The notes below the pieces were generated by a model. It ran no database searches. It was given only the letters and a program-made list of their open reading frames with translations, and was not told the origin of the DNA. A stretch of DNA of 64,000 nt from Phoronis australis. Lineage: Eukaryota; Animalia; Phoronida. Position numbers and translations under genes: made by a program. This document shows, in pieces, positions 40,284 to 50,793 of this stretch (positions within the stretch are counted from its first letter, which is position 1; each line of letters begins with the position of its first letter). The stretch covers positions 13,315 to 77,314 of the forward strand of contig NMRA01000989.1 in assembly GCA_002633005.1 (NCBI GenBank). Direction: 5' to 3'.

Positions 40284-41385
40284 TTAGTGCAGTGCAAATT
40301 TTTATCAATGTGAACGTGATTATTAGAGTGAACTTGTCAAGTTTCCGTGTGTATTCCAAGTTCACGCATATGCGATCTTAAGATTAAGCACTATTCAAAG
40401 TTCACACACAACAAAATCGCCTGAATTTCTAATGGAATCAAGAAACTTCAATTTCAGTATTCCAAATTTCTGAGACTCTGAAACTAGAGAATTTTTACTG
40501 CATGTAGCAATGTGATACCCTTTTGGTTGTATTACAATACTGAGACAAGAATCTTAACATAAGGAATATGCTGTCATACTCCCCTGGCGTGAGCAATGTA
40601 AAAATGGCCAGTTGCCAATTTGGGCAACTGAATGAACGACTGCCGTTCAAAAAAAGTGTGGCTGCATGAGTATTTCCTCCAGCTGAAGAATTAAAGATAG
40701 CAAAGGCCTCTTGAGGTGTCCCTCTATGCGTAAAAGGTACTTATAACATGACTGATGGTTTAATCAGCATTACGGCATTCTCCTGTTAAAACCACCTTTT
40801 TGGGTTGTATAGCACAACAAGAAGTTGGGCAGATGACCGCTGTAGCCAATATCATACATGACTGATTAAGTTCATTCTGTTATTTATGGTTGGAGAGTCG
40901 ACTCTCTCGATAATTGCTCTGATTTCCGATAAGATCGTATCAAGCCTGACTGGCTGTGCTGTTAAAAATAAAAGTCAGAAAGTTATAAAATACTTGAACA
41001 TAAACCAATAACATTTCTGAATTCTTCATCAAATGTTGATCATGTTTAGTTTTTGAATTGCCAAAATTGCCAAACTACAACCAAAGTTACAAGCTAAGAT
41101 AATCTATAGTGTCTGAACATATACCAAGGCACGTACTGGGTTTGACTGCCTTCATAAGCAGTTGGTTATAAGCCTGATAGATAATTGGCAAGCATGTTGT
41201 CATACCAGACAAAAGACTGTGCTGGGCAGTTAACAAAGGAGCTAGATGTTATCACACGCTTACAACCACTCTAAGTCTGAACGAGGGAGCGAATGAGTGT
41301 GAGGCATAATTCGCTAAAAAAACTTCCGGTGTATGAAGGCCCTTGTCTCTACTGAGACCAGTTGAGACAGTAGCATGTCAATCTA

Positions 41386-41387
<2 letters not shown>

Positions 41388-41442
<55 letters not shown>
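41388..41442. repeat. (TA)n microsatellite
   Basis: About 27 TA units. Confidence 0.97.
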
Positions 41443-41443
<1 letters not shown>

Positions 41444-42780
41444 CCTTGGAAGCTTATTTCAATCTTTTAGAACATGCCTCCAGTATACACGATATAACCA
41501 AAGAAAGGCCATTATACAGCAGTTCAGATGCACCAAATGTCAGATATAGAAGTGCTGGAAGTCTAGCGAAATTTGCAATCTCCCCACTACGTAATGCGCC
41601 AGTCGATCCGTATTATTGACTTTTGGTTGACCTTCACAGTCGGGGTCATTCATTGTCTGACCCACATCAAAAGTCAAGCAGCAAGTAATCACCGTCACTC
41701 ATAGTGCCGGATTCCACTTGTACTAGGTACAGTAGAGTTCAGTAACGTTAGAACCTAATGCTAAGACCTCGCTAAAGTTTAGCCAAAGTCAGGTGTTTTC
41801 AATTGAAATAAACGGCAATGTCTCACAAAGTCTTGCTTTAGTGAGGTGTTAGCTATTAAGACATTCTCCTGTTGAATGCAACTTGTTCGGTTGTATAGCA
41901 AAACAAAAAGTTGACCAGATGACCACTGTAGCCAGTATCTTACACAACTGATTAAGTCCATTCTGGCATTTATGGTTGGAGGCCCAGCTCTCTTTTGTTC
42001 GATAATTGCTCTAATCTCTGATAAGATCATATCTAGCCTGCATAACTGGGCTGTGTTATTAAAAATAAAAGTTAAACTCAATAACATTTCTTAATTTGTG
42101 GTCAAATGCTGATCATATTTAGTTTTGGAATCACCAAAATTGCCCTACTACAGCTGAAGTTAAAACAATTAACTGTCCGAACGTACAAACGCACGGGGTT
42201 AGACTGTGTTCACATGGTGGTCAGTTATAAGCATGTTGTGATACCAGGCAAAAGACTGTGCTGGGCAGTTAACAAAGGACCTTATCACAGGCTCACAACC
42301 CTCTATGTCTGCTAAAGCCACTGAATGGGAGAATGCCCTAATCATGCACGCACCCAAGGGGACTTGGAGGGATTGAATGAGCCCCCCCATTTGATGAAGT
42401 GAGCACAAAAACGTCTACCTCAAAGCAACAAAAACACCAAAAAAGCAGAAAACGAGACAAAAGTTGACTAAAAAGGCAGCAAATACTAAAATTCAGCAAA
42501 TGCACGATTCAAAGCTCTAAAACACCCTGTGAATCTTAGTAAAAGTTCCAAATTCTCAAAAATTCAAGCCACCCCATTATTCAGGTTGGGTGCGAGAATG
42601 GCAATGGTTACTGAACTCACTGGGTTGGCAGCGACTTGCTACACATCTATATTTCAGTGTATGACACATATGCAGTGTTCCCTTCTTTGGATCAAAATAA
42701 GGTCATGTGGAGAATTTCTTACAACTATTATTAAAAACGCTTGGTCTATTTACACCGGACTTCTAGTCTATATACACTGT

Positions 42781-42823
42781 CACGACGTTTCGGTCGGTCT
42801 CTTCTCCGGCCATCGTCAGGTGT
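42781..42823 (-). ncRNA. Minimal type I hammerhead ribozyme motif
   Basis: Minus strand CAC-CUGACGA-U-GGCCGG(AGAAGAGA)CCGACC-GAAA-CGUC-GUG: CUGANGA and GAAA core, stem II 5/6 bp, palindromic ACGU stem III, GUC cleavage triplet, CAC/GUG stem I. Confidence 0.7.
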
Positions 42824-42882
42824 TCCCGCGTTCTTAGAAGAATGAGCACGGATACGTGGTACACTCATGGTGTGATTTTTTG

Positions 42883-42960
42883 TGCGAGGCAGGATTTGAA
42901 CCCACAACTTCTGAAACTACAGATAATTCGAGTCCAGCACCTTAACCACTATACCACAGA
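42883..42960 (-). mobile_element. tRNA(Ser-CGA-like)-derived Pol III head
   Basis: Minus strand tggtatagtgg (A box), ttaaggtgctggact-CGA-at, ggttcaaatcc (B box). The acceptor and anticodon stems do not fully pair, so this is not a functional tRNA. Confidence 0.6.
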
Positions 42961-43295
42961 GTAATATTTTATGTATTATCAATATTAAGGCAAAAGAGAT
43001 CTGGTTTCAACATATAATAGCATCTATTTAACGATATGAACATACGTAGGTAGTAGCATTCACTATAAACATATTGGTGGCCATGATATGAAAACAGCTG
43101 ACAGAGTGAAGCACTGAACTCATCATGTTACAACGGCAGTGTGACGTCAGTAGCTGCTAAGTCAAAGTGTTGGGTCAAGATTCAGTTCCCACAAGAATGT
43201 CACATGACTGTGAGCTGTGCTACCAGAGTAAAGCATCATTGCATCCTGCACCATCTGTTTGTGGTAAAGGTTTTGGATGAGCGGGTACCTTTTGC

Positions 43296-43640
43296 CCGGG
43301 TGCCCGATTTTGAGGAAGTTACAAGTAATCACGCCTATTAACAATCAAAAAGTCCACGGGACACAAAAATTACAAATTTCACTTGATTTCTTCCCATGCT
43401 ATTTTGCAAGTGTCACGTGTCAGGTCACGCGCTTCTCTCAGTCTCGACGCTAACCTTAGCCTAACTCACGTGACTCAGTTGAAATATTTTGTGGTTATCG
43501 CGCGCGCGGTGAAAAAGTTAACAGTGACAAAAAAGGGGAGTTGGAATTCTTCTGCAAAGTCACCTTAATTCTAGTAGATACTTTATCAAAGATATGTGCA
43601 CAAGCACTGAGCTATAGGAAGGATCACTGAAGAAAGTAAG
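43296..43640. repeat. Dispersed unclassified repeat, copy 2 (copy 1 at 3099-3419)
   Basis: Colinear similarity to 3099-3419. Confidence 0.75.
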
Positions 43641-43942
43641 CTCAATTTTATGTGATAGTTTTGAGTGTGGAATGTATTTTTGATGAGGTTGTTGTGAATG
43701 TTGGTTTGTGTGGTCTCGTCTTTCGTGTTGTCTTGTGTGTTCGTGTTCGTCCGAGGGTTTCCGTCAGTGGCCGGATGTTGTAAGTTCTAGTTTTGTCACG
43801 TGACTGGGGAATCGAGAGCTCTCTGTTCGTTTGGCACTGCTGCACGCAGGACGTCTGCTTTTGTGGGTCTTCAACTCAAGCGTGTATTCAAGCTTTCATA
43901 TGAGTAAAGCCGTTACTCAGTAAAGGTAAGCTGCACGAGAAC

Positions 43943-44320
43943 GGCACTAGTCGGATATAATGGACCCTAACTTATTCCAAATAAATCCACTAAATGTAGG
44001 TCTAAATGAATGATTTTGGTATAGTTGCATTCCTCAGACATCTGGCAATCCGTACAAATCTTTTTCATGATCTCAATTACTCTAGTCTATAACTACGCCA
44101 TTCCGAATTCGGTCCACTTTAGCCACGCGCATCGTGAAATCGGCAGCCACTTCAGGGAACTTACTATATCTATTGCCATCTATCGGGGATTTGCTACAAC
44201 ACGCGCTGTTCCTTTTTCATCAGTCAACATGGACAACGATAACATGACAATGACAGATACAATGATCGTGAGAGAGATGATGACGGTGATGACGAGAGCA
44301 GACGTAACGATAATTAAGAA
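43943..44320 (+). mobile_element. Long inverted repeat, left copy (CACTA-like terminus)
   Basis: GGCACTAGTCGGATATAATGG... is the reverse complement of 46985-47362; the outer ~79 bp are identical. Confidence 0.85.
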
Positions 44321-45881
44321 TCAGTCCACGGATCCACCGACCACAGTACAGCCAACAAGCGGCAAGGTGTGGGGTCAACCATTCAGATCCATGTTTAATC
44401 TGATAAATCACTTTAGGGATGAGAGAAAATGGGTGAAGTATGACACCACAAAGTTTGGTGGTTTAGGAGATACAAGGGAAGTGTTCTGGGGGGCAAAATG
44501 AGGCAATTTCTTGGTGTGGAATGAGTCATTTTTGACCAAATTTTCTACTCCAGTTTCTGCTTCAAACAGAATCGTTTCTGAACAATTTTGATATCACATG
44601 ATAGGTTCATGACCAATGTCAGTAAAAACGGCACCGACACTGCAATATCGGTTACCATGGTAANATGCTTTGAAGTTTAAATTTACTCAATCAAGTAAAT
44701 TCCACAGAGTTCTATATATTTTTACAACTTCTGTCCTAAAAGACTGACACGGTTTCTCTGATACCAATCTTACTGTTTTGACCATATTCTGCGTATAGAC
44801 TGAGCATGTCAGTCGGTCAGTAAGATATTTTGCATAGGAGGTTCTGTTCGAATATGTTGTGTAATAACTAATTGCCACAGCATGACAAAAATACACTATC
44901 AACGGCGACCAATTTTGACTTATCATTCAAACCAATGACCTGTTCTCTATACAGTGTCAATAACTTACAAAAATTGTTACACTGTCAATAGAACAGTTGA
45001 CTCTCATAAAGACACATAGTAACAGTAAGCAGGTAAGTCCCCCAGAGTACTAGCAGGTCGACACAGTCCATAAGATTCTGTGGACCCAATATCTAACCAG
45101 ACTCAGCTGTGACATGTGAGCTTATATTTCAATCTTCTTGAACACTGCACGTCTGGTATACACCATATTAGTAAGTAGGCTAAAGAAAGGAGTAATGTGT
45201 ACGCTATTACATAGTCATAAATGTCGTGGAACTCAGTCGAGGTTTGTAATGCAATCTTACCAATGTGTGACACACATGCTTTTCAATCGGGGTCATTCTA
45301 ATCCCGATCGAAAGTCAAGCTGATGTCATTCACAACAATTGATCTGACAACACACTTGTCACGTACGTAGACTACGGAGTGGCGAGATTGCGAACCTTGC
45401 CAAATTTACGGCGTATCTATGTGTCCAGAGCTACATGATATCATATGCAGTACTCCCACTTTCATGGGATATATCAGAGGTATGATCTAAAATATTGAAA
45501 CAAGCTCATGGCTATGAGCCATGGCTATGATATTTCGGCTTTACAGTCTCACTGCATAATCACAACACAGTCTCTGGCAGTAGAATAATTGAATTTAGAA
45601 ATTAGTGGTCCCTGATTTTGAGAACCAGACAAGCAATAAGTAGCAAACATGTTTTTGGCGTGGATGAAACTGCTATGATCACCAATATTTTCGACCAGAG
45701 CCATCTGGTTGGCCGCTGGCCACTAGCAGTAGCACTGCACTGGCTGATACTGAAAATCGATTCATCTGATCAGTCACATCAGGACAGAAGTTTAATTCTT
45801 AAATCATTAAATCAACTGTTGATTGAGCACAACAAACAGGCACGTTTTGCAGTTACAAGGATAAACTAGATATCTACTTAC

Positions 45882-46160
45882 CTCAAAAGCTGACGTAAAT
45901 GTATGAAATGGATACTGAAATTGTGAACAGATTAACGGTTTTGCACTTAAACTCAGTTTCCGGTTAGCTGGTCAGCGACACCTGTTGAAGAAAAGTTAAA
46001 ACTTACTGCCCTCAGCGGCCACTCCCGCGGTGGCAAATTCTGTGGAAAATGACACTGTTTGGAAATTAGAGAGTGTTTAACCAATGACTACCAATTATTT
46101 GATGTGACGAAAACGACTCACGAGCGCAGAGCGAGCAAAGGCCGGCGGCCGCTGGGCTCC
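45882..46160 (-). promoter_or_regulatory. Candidate non-coding 5' exon(s) and CpG-rich promoter, possibly of the annexin-like gene
   Basis: Minus-strand strong donors (gag|gtaagt at 45881, gca|gtaagt at 46006), an acceptor (ttcttcaacag at 45982) and a CpG-rich patch at 46120-46165. The ATG exon at 37236 has its own acceptor, so an upstream exon is required. Confidence 0.35.
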
Positions 46161-46189
46161 GGCTGGAATGAAATGTTTACATATTGCCA

Positions 46190-46884
46190 CGGCAGTATAT
46201 ATTTTTCTGAATCATAGACGGATTTTTAACTTTCCTTTTTCAATTTGACTCTATTAAATGGACCTACACTTTGACAACGACACCGCTACGTTGGACCGAC
46301 GTCGGACTCAGCACAACCAGTGATTTCTCGCACCCGGCGTCGCACCGGCGTCGGCACAACGTCAAACGTGCCCGACGCTGAGCCAGCGTTGGTTCGACGT
46401 CAAGACTGAACAATACTCAAAGAAGGACAAATGGGCTGACTTATGCACGACAGTAAATATTTTTCTGAATCACAGACGGATTTTTAATTTTCCTTTTTCA
46501 ATTTGACGCTATAGTTAAATGGACCTACACTTTTGACAACAACACGACGGACCGACGTCGGACTCAGCACCACATATGATTTTTTGCACCACGTCGCACC
46601 CGCGTCGGCCCAACGTCAAACGTGCCCGACGCTGAGCCAACGTTGGTCCGACGTCAAGACTGAACAATACTCAAAGTAGGACAAATAGGTTGAATTATAC
46701 ACTGTGACTATAAAAAAAACTATCGCAAGCGTCAAATTTACTTGGAAAGGCAAAACAGGCTTTTAAAAGCAGTATCTCGTAGACCGCCGACCAACGTCGG
46801 ACCAACGTCAAAAAACCGACCGCGACCAATCGACCTCGAGCCAACGAATGGCGACGTCGGCCCAACGTAGTGATGCTATCTGGG
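46190..46884 (-). mobile_element. DNA-transposon end (CCCAGATAGCA terminus) with ACGT-core subterminal repeats and a ~260-bp tandem duplication
   Basis: Units at about 46192-46450 and 46451-46700; many ccgacgtcgg/ccaacgtc motifs; ends tgctatctggg. Resembles EnSpm/CMC-type non-autonomous ends. The second terminus is not seen. Confidence 0.6.
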
Positions 46885-46887
46885 GGT

Positions 46888-47362
46888 ATCGAGCGATATC
46901 TATCGGCGATTTTCTACAACACACGCTGTTCCTTTTTCATCAGTCGACGTCATTGGTTGATTTCGTCAATAATTAACGGCAATCGTTATTAATCATCGTA
47001 CGTCTGCTCTCGTCACCACCTTCGTCGTTTCTCTCACGATCGTATCTGTCATCATCATGTTATCGTCGCCCATGTTGACTGATGAAAAAGGAACAGTGCT
47101 TGTTGTAGCAAATCGCCGATAGATGGTGCTAGATATATAGTAAGTTCCCTGAAATGGCTGCCGATTTCACAATGCGCGTGGCTAAAGTGGACCAAGTTCA
47201 GAATGGCGTAGTTATAGACTAGAGTAATTGAGGGTCGTGAAAAGGATTTGTACGGATAGCCAGATGTCTGAGGAATGCAACAATACCAAAATCATTCATT
47301 TAGACCTACATTTAGTGGATTTATTTGGAATAAGTTAGGGTCCATTATATCCGACTAGTGCC
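46888..47362 (-). mobile_element. Long inverted repeat, right copy (internally palindromic, left arm truncated)
   Basis: Ends ...CCATTATATCCGACTAGTGCC. 46898-46950 is also the inverse of 47072-47125. Confidence 0.85.
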
Positions 47363-47620
47363 CTCGCCAGTGACTTAAATGCAGGTATCAAACTTCAATA
47401 AAACCCAATCGCGGTGTTCGTCCCTGACGGCCTGATTGCCTGCTGAAAGACCGCCAGCAGCCTTCCACCAGCAGTATAAATAAAAGAAACATCCGGGGAA
47501 CCATAAAACTGACAAATCATAAGACTCCACAGAAAGATCAAGGATCGAATAATGTTGACGATTACAACACTATTTTAGCCTGTTAAATATAGATTATTAC
47601 GTGGCGAAGTCGTTATCGAC

Positions 47621-47738
47621 GTTATTCCCCGTTATCTAGAGCCCGAGTGGATTTTGGAGAATTATCGCCCGACGGGGGTTAGCTCCGAGGGTGATAATTC
47701 TACAAAATCCACGAGGGCTCTAGATAACGGGGGATAAC
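47621..47738. repeat. ~50-bp-stem hairpin, probably the subterminal palindrome of a non-autonomous element (~47590-48440)
   Basis: ccccgttatctagagccc..gtggattttg.agaattatcgccc / gggtgataattct.caaaatccac..gggctctagataacgggg; tRNA-like A/B boxes at about 48285-48345. Confidence 0.7.
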
Positions 47739-48741
47739 GACTGAGAACATAAAATAATCTATACCACATACTGAACGAGAAACATTGCAATGAATTGATC
47801 TACCTTTCTCGACTTTCTATGTCAGAGGCCTGGGGTCGGAGGTCGTGACCTTTTAAGAAAAGCCGAGCTATTTTTGTCAAATAATGCTTTTACTCAAAAC
47901 CAATTGAAAATTTAAACAAAATAGAAATAAAGTGAATCTATAAATTAAGGTTTAGCAACTATTATAGCTTACTACACATTTTATCACGCTAAGCTTCGAC
48001 CGGGAAAATATCGTCTGCTAAAGTAGGTTGCCACTAGTAACTGAGTATATTGCTCAAGTCAAAGGATCCCGACGACACGATACCCGCATTCAAATTGGAG
48101 ATCAGTCATTTACAAGTTAGAGAACACGAGAGAAAAATTTCACTGAATTAAAATATCGTTTTTATGGAAATGATGCATCTTATTTTTCATAGCGTATAAA
48201 TGTCGGTACAATGCCCTTTGCTGAACAAGCGATTGTTGCGGGTGCTCATTTAAGTATTCTATTTTCACGTTCGATGACGTCAGCCGCTGAGTAGTGTAGT
48301 GGTAAAGTCGGTGACTCTTGAGGCCCGGGTTTGAAACCGGCCTCGGTTTCCCGCCAAAATGTTATCTCACTAGTGGGATAACTAAATGGGTTATTACACG
48401 GTTGTATTTGCCATTTGACACTAATACTGTGGTATAATAATAAATACGTAATAGATTGGCTGTGGGCCAGGCATCAATCATCATAGTCCGTCACAGTGAC
48501 CACCTGTTTATATGAACATATCAGACAACATCGTCGAGACTACTGCACTGACACACGAACAATTTACACCACCGTCTTTACTCTAGTAGCTCTAGCTGAC
48601 TAGAGACGGTGTGGCTCCCAAAGGTGTTTCATACGGGGAAGCTTTTCGGGAATTATGTCTCACCCTAACTAAAACATCAAGGTCATTTTGTTATAAATAT
48701 CTTTTGCACATAGAGCCAGAGGGACACCTCGATGTATTTAA

Positions 48742-50398
48742 AGGAGAATGCCACCCAAAAAACAACCTATTTTGCATCAATATAGATCGAGTAGTTATAC
48801 TCCATAACGACACGTACGGTTGCGTTACCTGACACCTGACGGCAGACGGAGGTGTTGAAATTAGCCAATGACGTAATTGGTTTCACACGCAGTCTGTTCA
48901 GCAGTTCACAACACGGGTTACTGGTGTCAGTTTATCGCTTGAATTCATCGTTTAATACCAATAAATCATCAAACTTCGATGTAAAACCCTTAAAAATACA
49001 CCAAGTTCTTATAAAAATGTGTTGTTTTATTTCGTGTTACGGATTTATTGGTATTTGGTCACACCGTAGCCTGTTCAGCAGGCCAATAAGGTCCGTAGCA
49101 GGAGTTTGGGGTCTGTTCGGAGATAAATTCAAAGTACTTTCCGTGAGATACTGACAGGAGAACCTAAATCTGTGTTGTTTAGACTTGTGATTTTTTTAGT
49201 TCTAATCACAGCCAGTGGCTCGGAGCCCAATCAGGCTCGTCGCGGCCGGCCGGATTGACAACGGTTATCCAGGCCAGTGGCTCGGAAACTGATCAGTCAT
49301 CACAAACATAAACCAGCCAAAGTTTAGTGGAAACTAAACTTCCAGTCAAGAAAATACTATACTAGTGAGCCAAAGTAATGTACACATGATTATGTTGGTG
49401 AATTAGCCACGATACTGCAAATTTACTTACTCGTCGGGGGTCGCGAATTCGGGTTCTGCTTTGGCCACAGCACCGTCAAGGCAGAAGTTGAATATTGACA
49501 ATCATAAATTGAATAATGTAAATGTAAATAAATAGTCCCCTAACACCTGGCCGTGTAATGGAAATTGAGTTGTTTCACAACAGTTTCTGCCAGCAAACAC
49601 TAAATTAGCATGAGCTCACACGGCCTCAGTGTCCCGTCAATTAGTTTTATTGCACCTCAGTAAAGTCGGTAACGCAGTGATTTATTCATTGCTGGCTTCT
49701 CAAATCATTTGCACTCACGAACACTCCAAAGGCATTACAAATTACATCTAATGAGACACTTTGTTTCAGTTTTACATAAGTATTGGTTAGAGTGAGAATA
49801 ATTCATTTTGAAACAACGCTCAGTAGATAAACGTCATCATGGCAACTCACAATCCCGACTTAGACGAGCTAGAGCTCATCAGTCCCGACTTCGCAGGTGG
49901 ATCGTTAAGTTTCACAGGCTATCAATTCGAACAGGAATACCGTGATGAAGAAATACTAGAGAGGCGCCGTGAACAAGCTCAGACAACGGAATGTATGCAT
50001 AGTTATTTGCGGGTAAGCCAGCGTTCGTCAGGCACTACGTCCGCAGGCCACAGACACGGAGATGTTTCACGGCCTCATACTTGCTATTTACTGCATACTT
50101 TTCATTCTTCACTACTACGAACCACTTCCTAAGCATTTTGGACTCTCGAGGAAGTCAAGAAACAATATACCCGCTTTCCTCGCAGCTGCATAGTTTGGAC
50201 AAGCGGGAACGATGCACCACAACGTAGCGGCTTTCACTCTGCAGATGAACCACTGATGTCGCTAGTGTCGTTTCTCACCTTCCTCACAGGTTAACGCGAC
50301 ACCTCTTGGCAAGGTAAGGTCGACCGTATGCCAGGCGATGTGGATATAGACCGATTAAGACGGCAAAAAAGTCTAATTAAATCTGGTGGCATTCTCCT
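48742..50398 (+). mobile_element. Non-autonomous Kolobok-like DNA transposon
   Basis: Perfect 14-bp TIR AGGAGAATGCCACC/GGTGGCATTCTCCT with TTAA on both sides. Internal ORF 49839-50132 has an acidic YQFEQEY motif. Confidence 0.85.
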
Positions 50399-50793
50399 TT
50401 AATGAACAAACACTTCCTCTCCAAAATCAGAAAAAAGTCAACAAATACAAGCAAACTAAATGCATGGATAACAAGTGGCATTCTGATTAGTTAAAATACA
50501 ACTTACCTCCACACCTAAACACAGTCACAACTTAAGTGCAATATGGAACAATTTTAAATTATACAGCAAATTAATGAAAACCACAATAACATCTGCAAAA
50601 TAGATATATTCGCCAAATTTAAAAATGACAAGGTGGACCATTAAATCTGTTCTTCGTGACTCCGATATTAAAGCACATTCCAAATTAATTAATGTCAAAC
50701 AGGTTGCACACTCATAAACAAACTTGACAAATGCTAATGAAATTTACGACTTCTTCATTAACATTGGGCGAAAATGTGCTCCCCACTGCCACN

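Noticed and set aside
44025-44501. 158-aa ORF as a transposase or cargo gene
   Set aside because: It lies in the inverted-repeat arm, has low complexity and no motif, and the inverse copy has indels relative to it.
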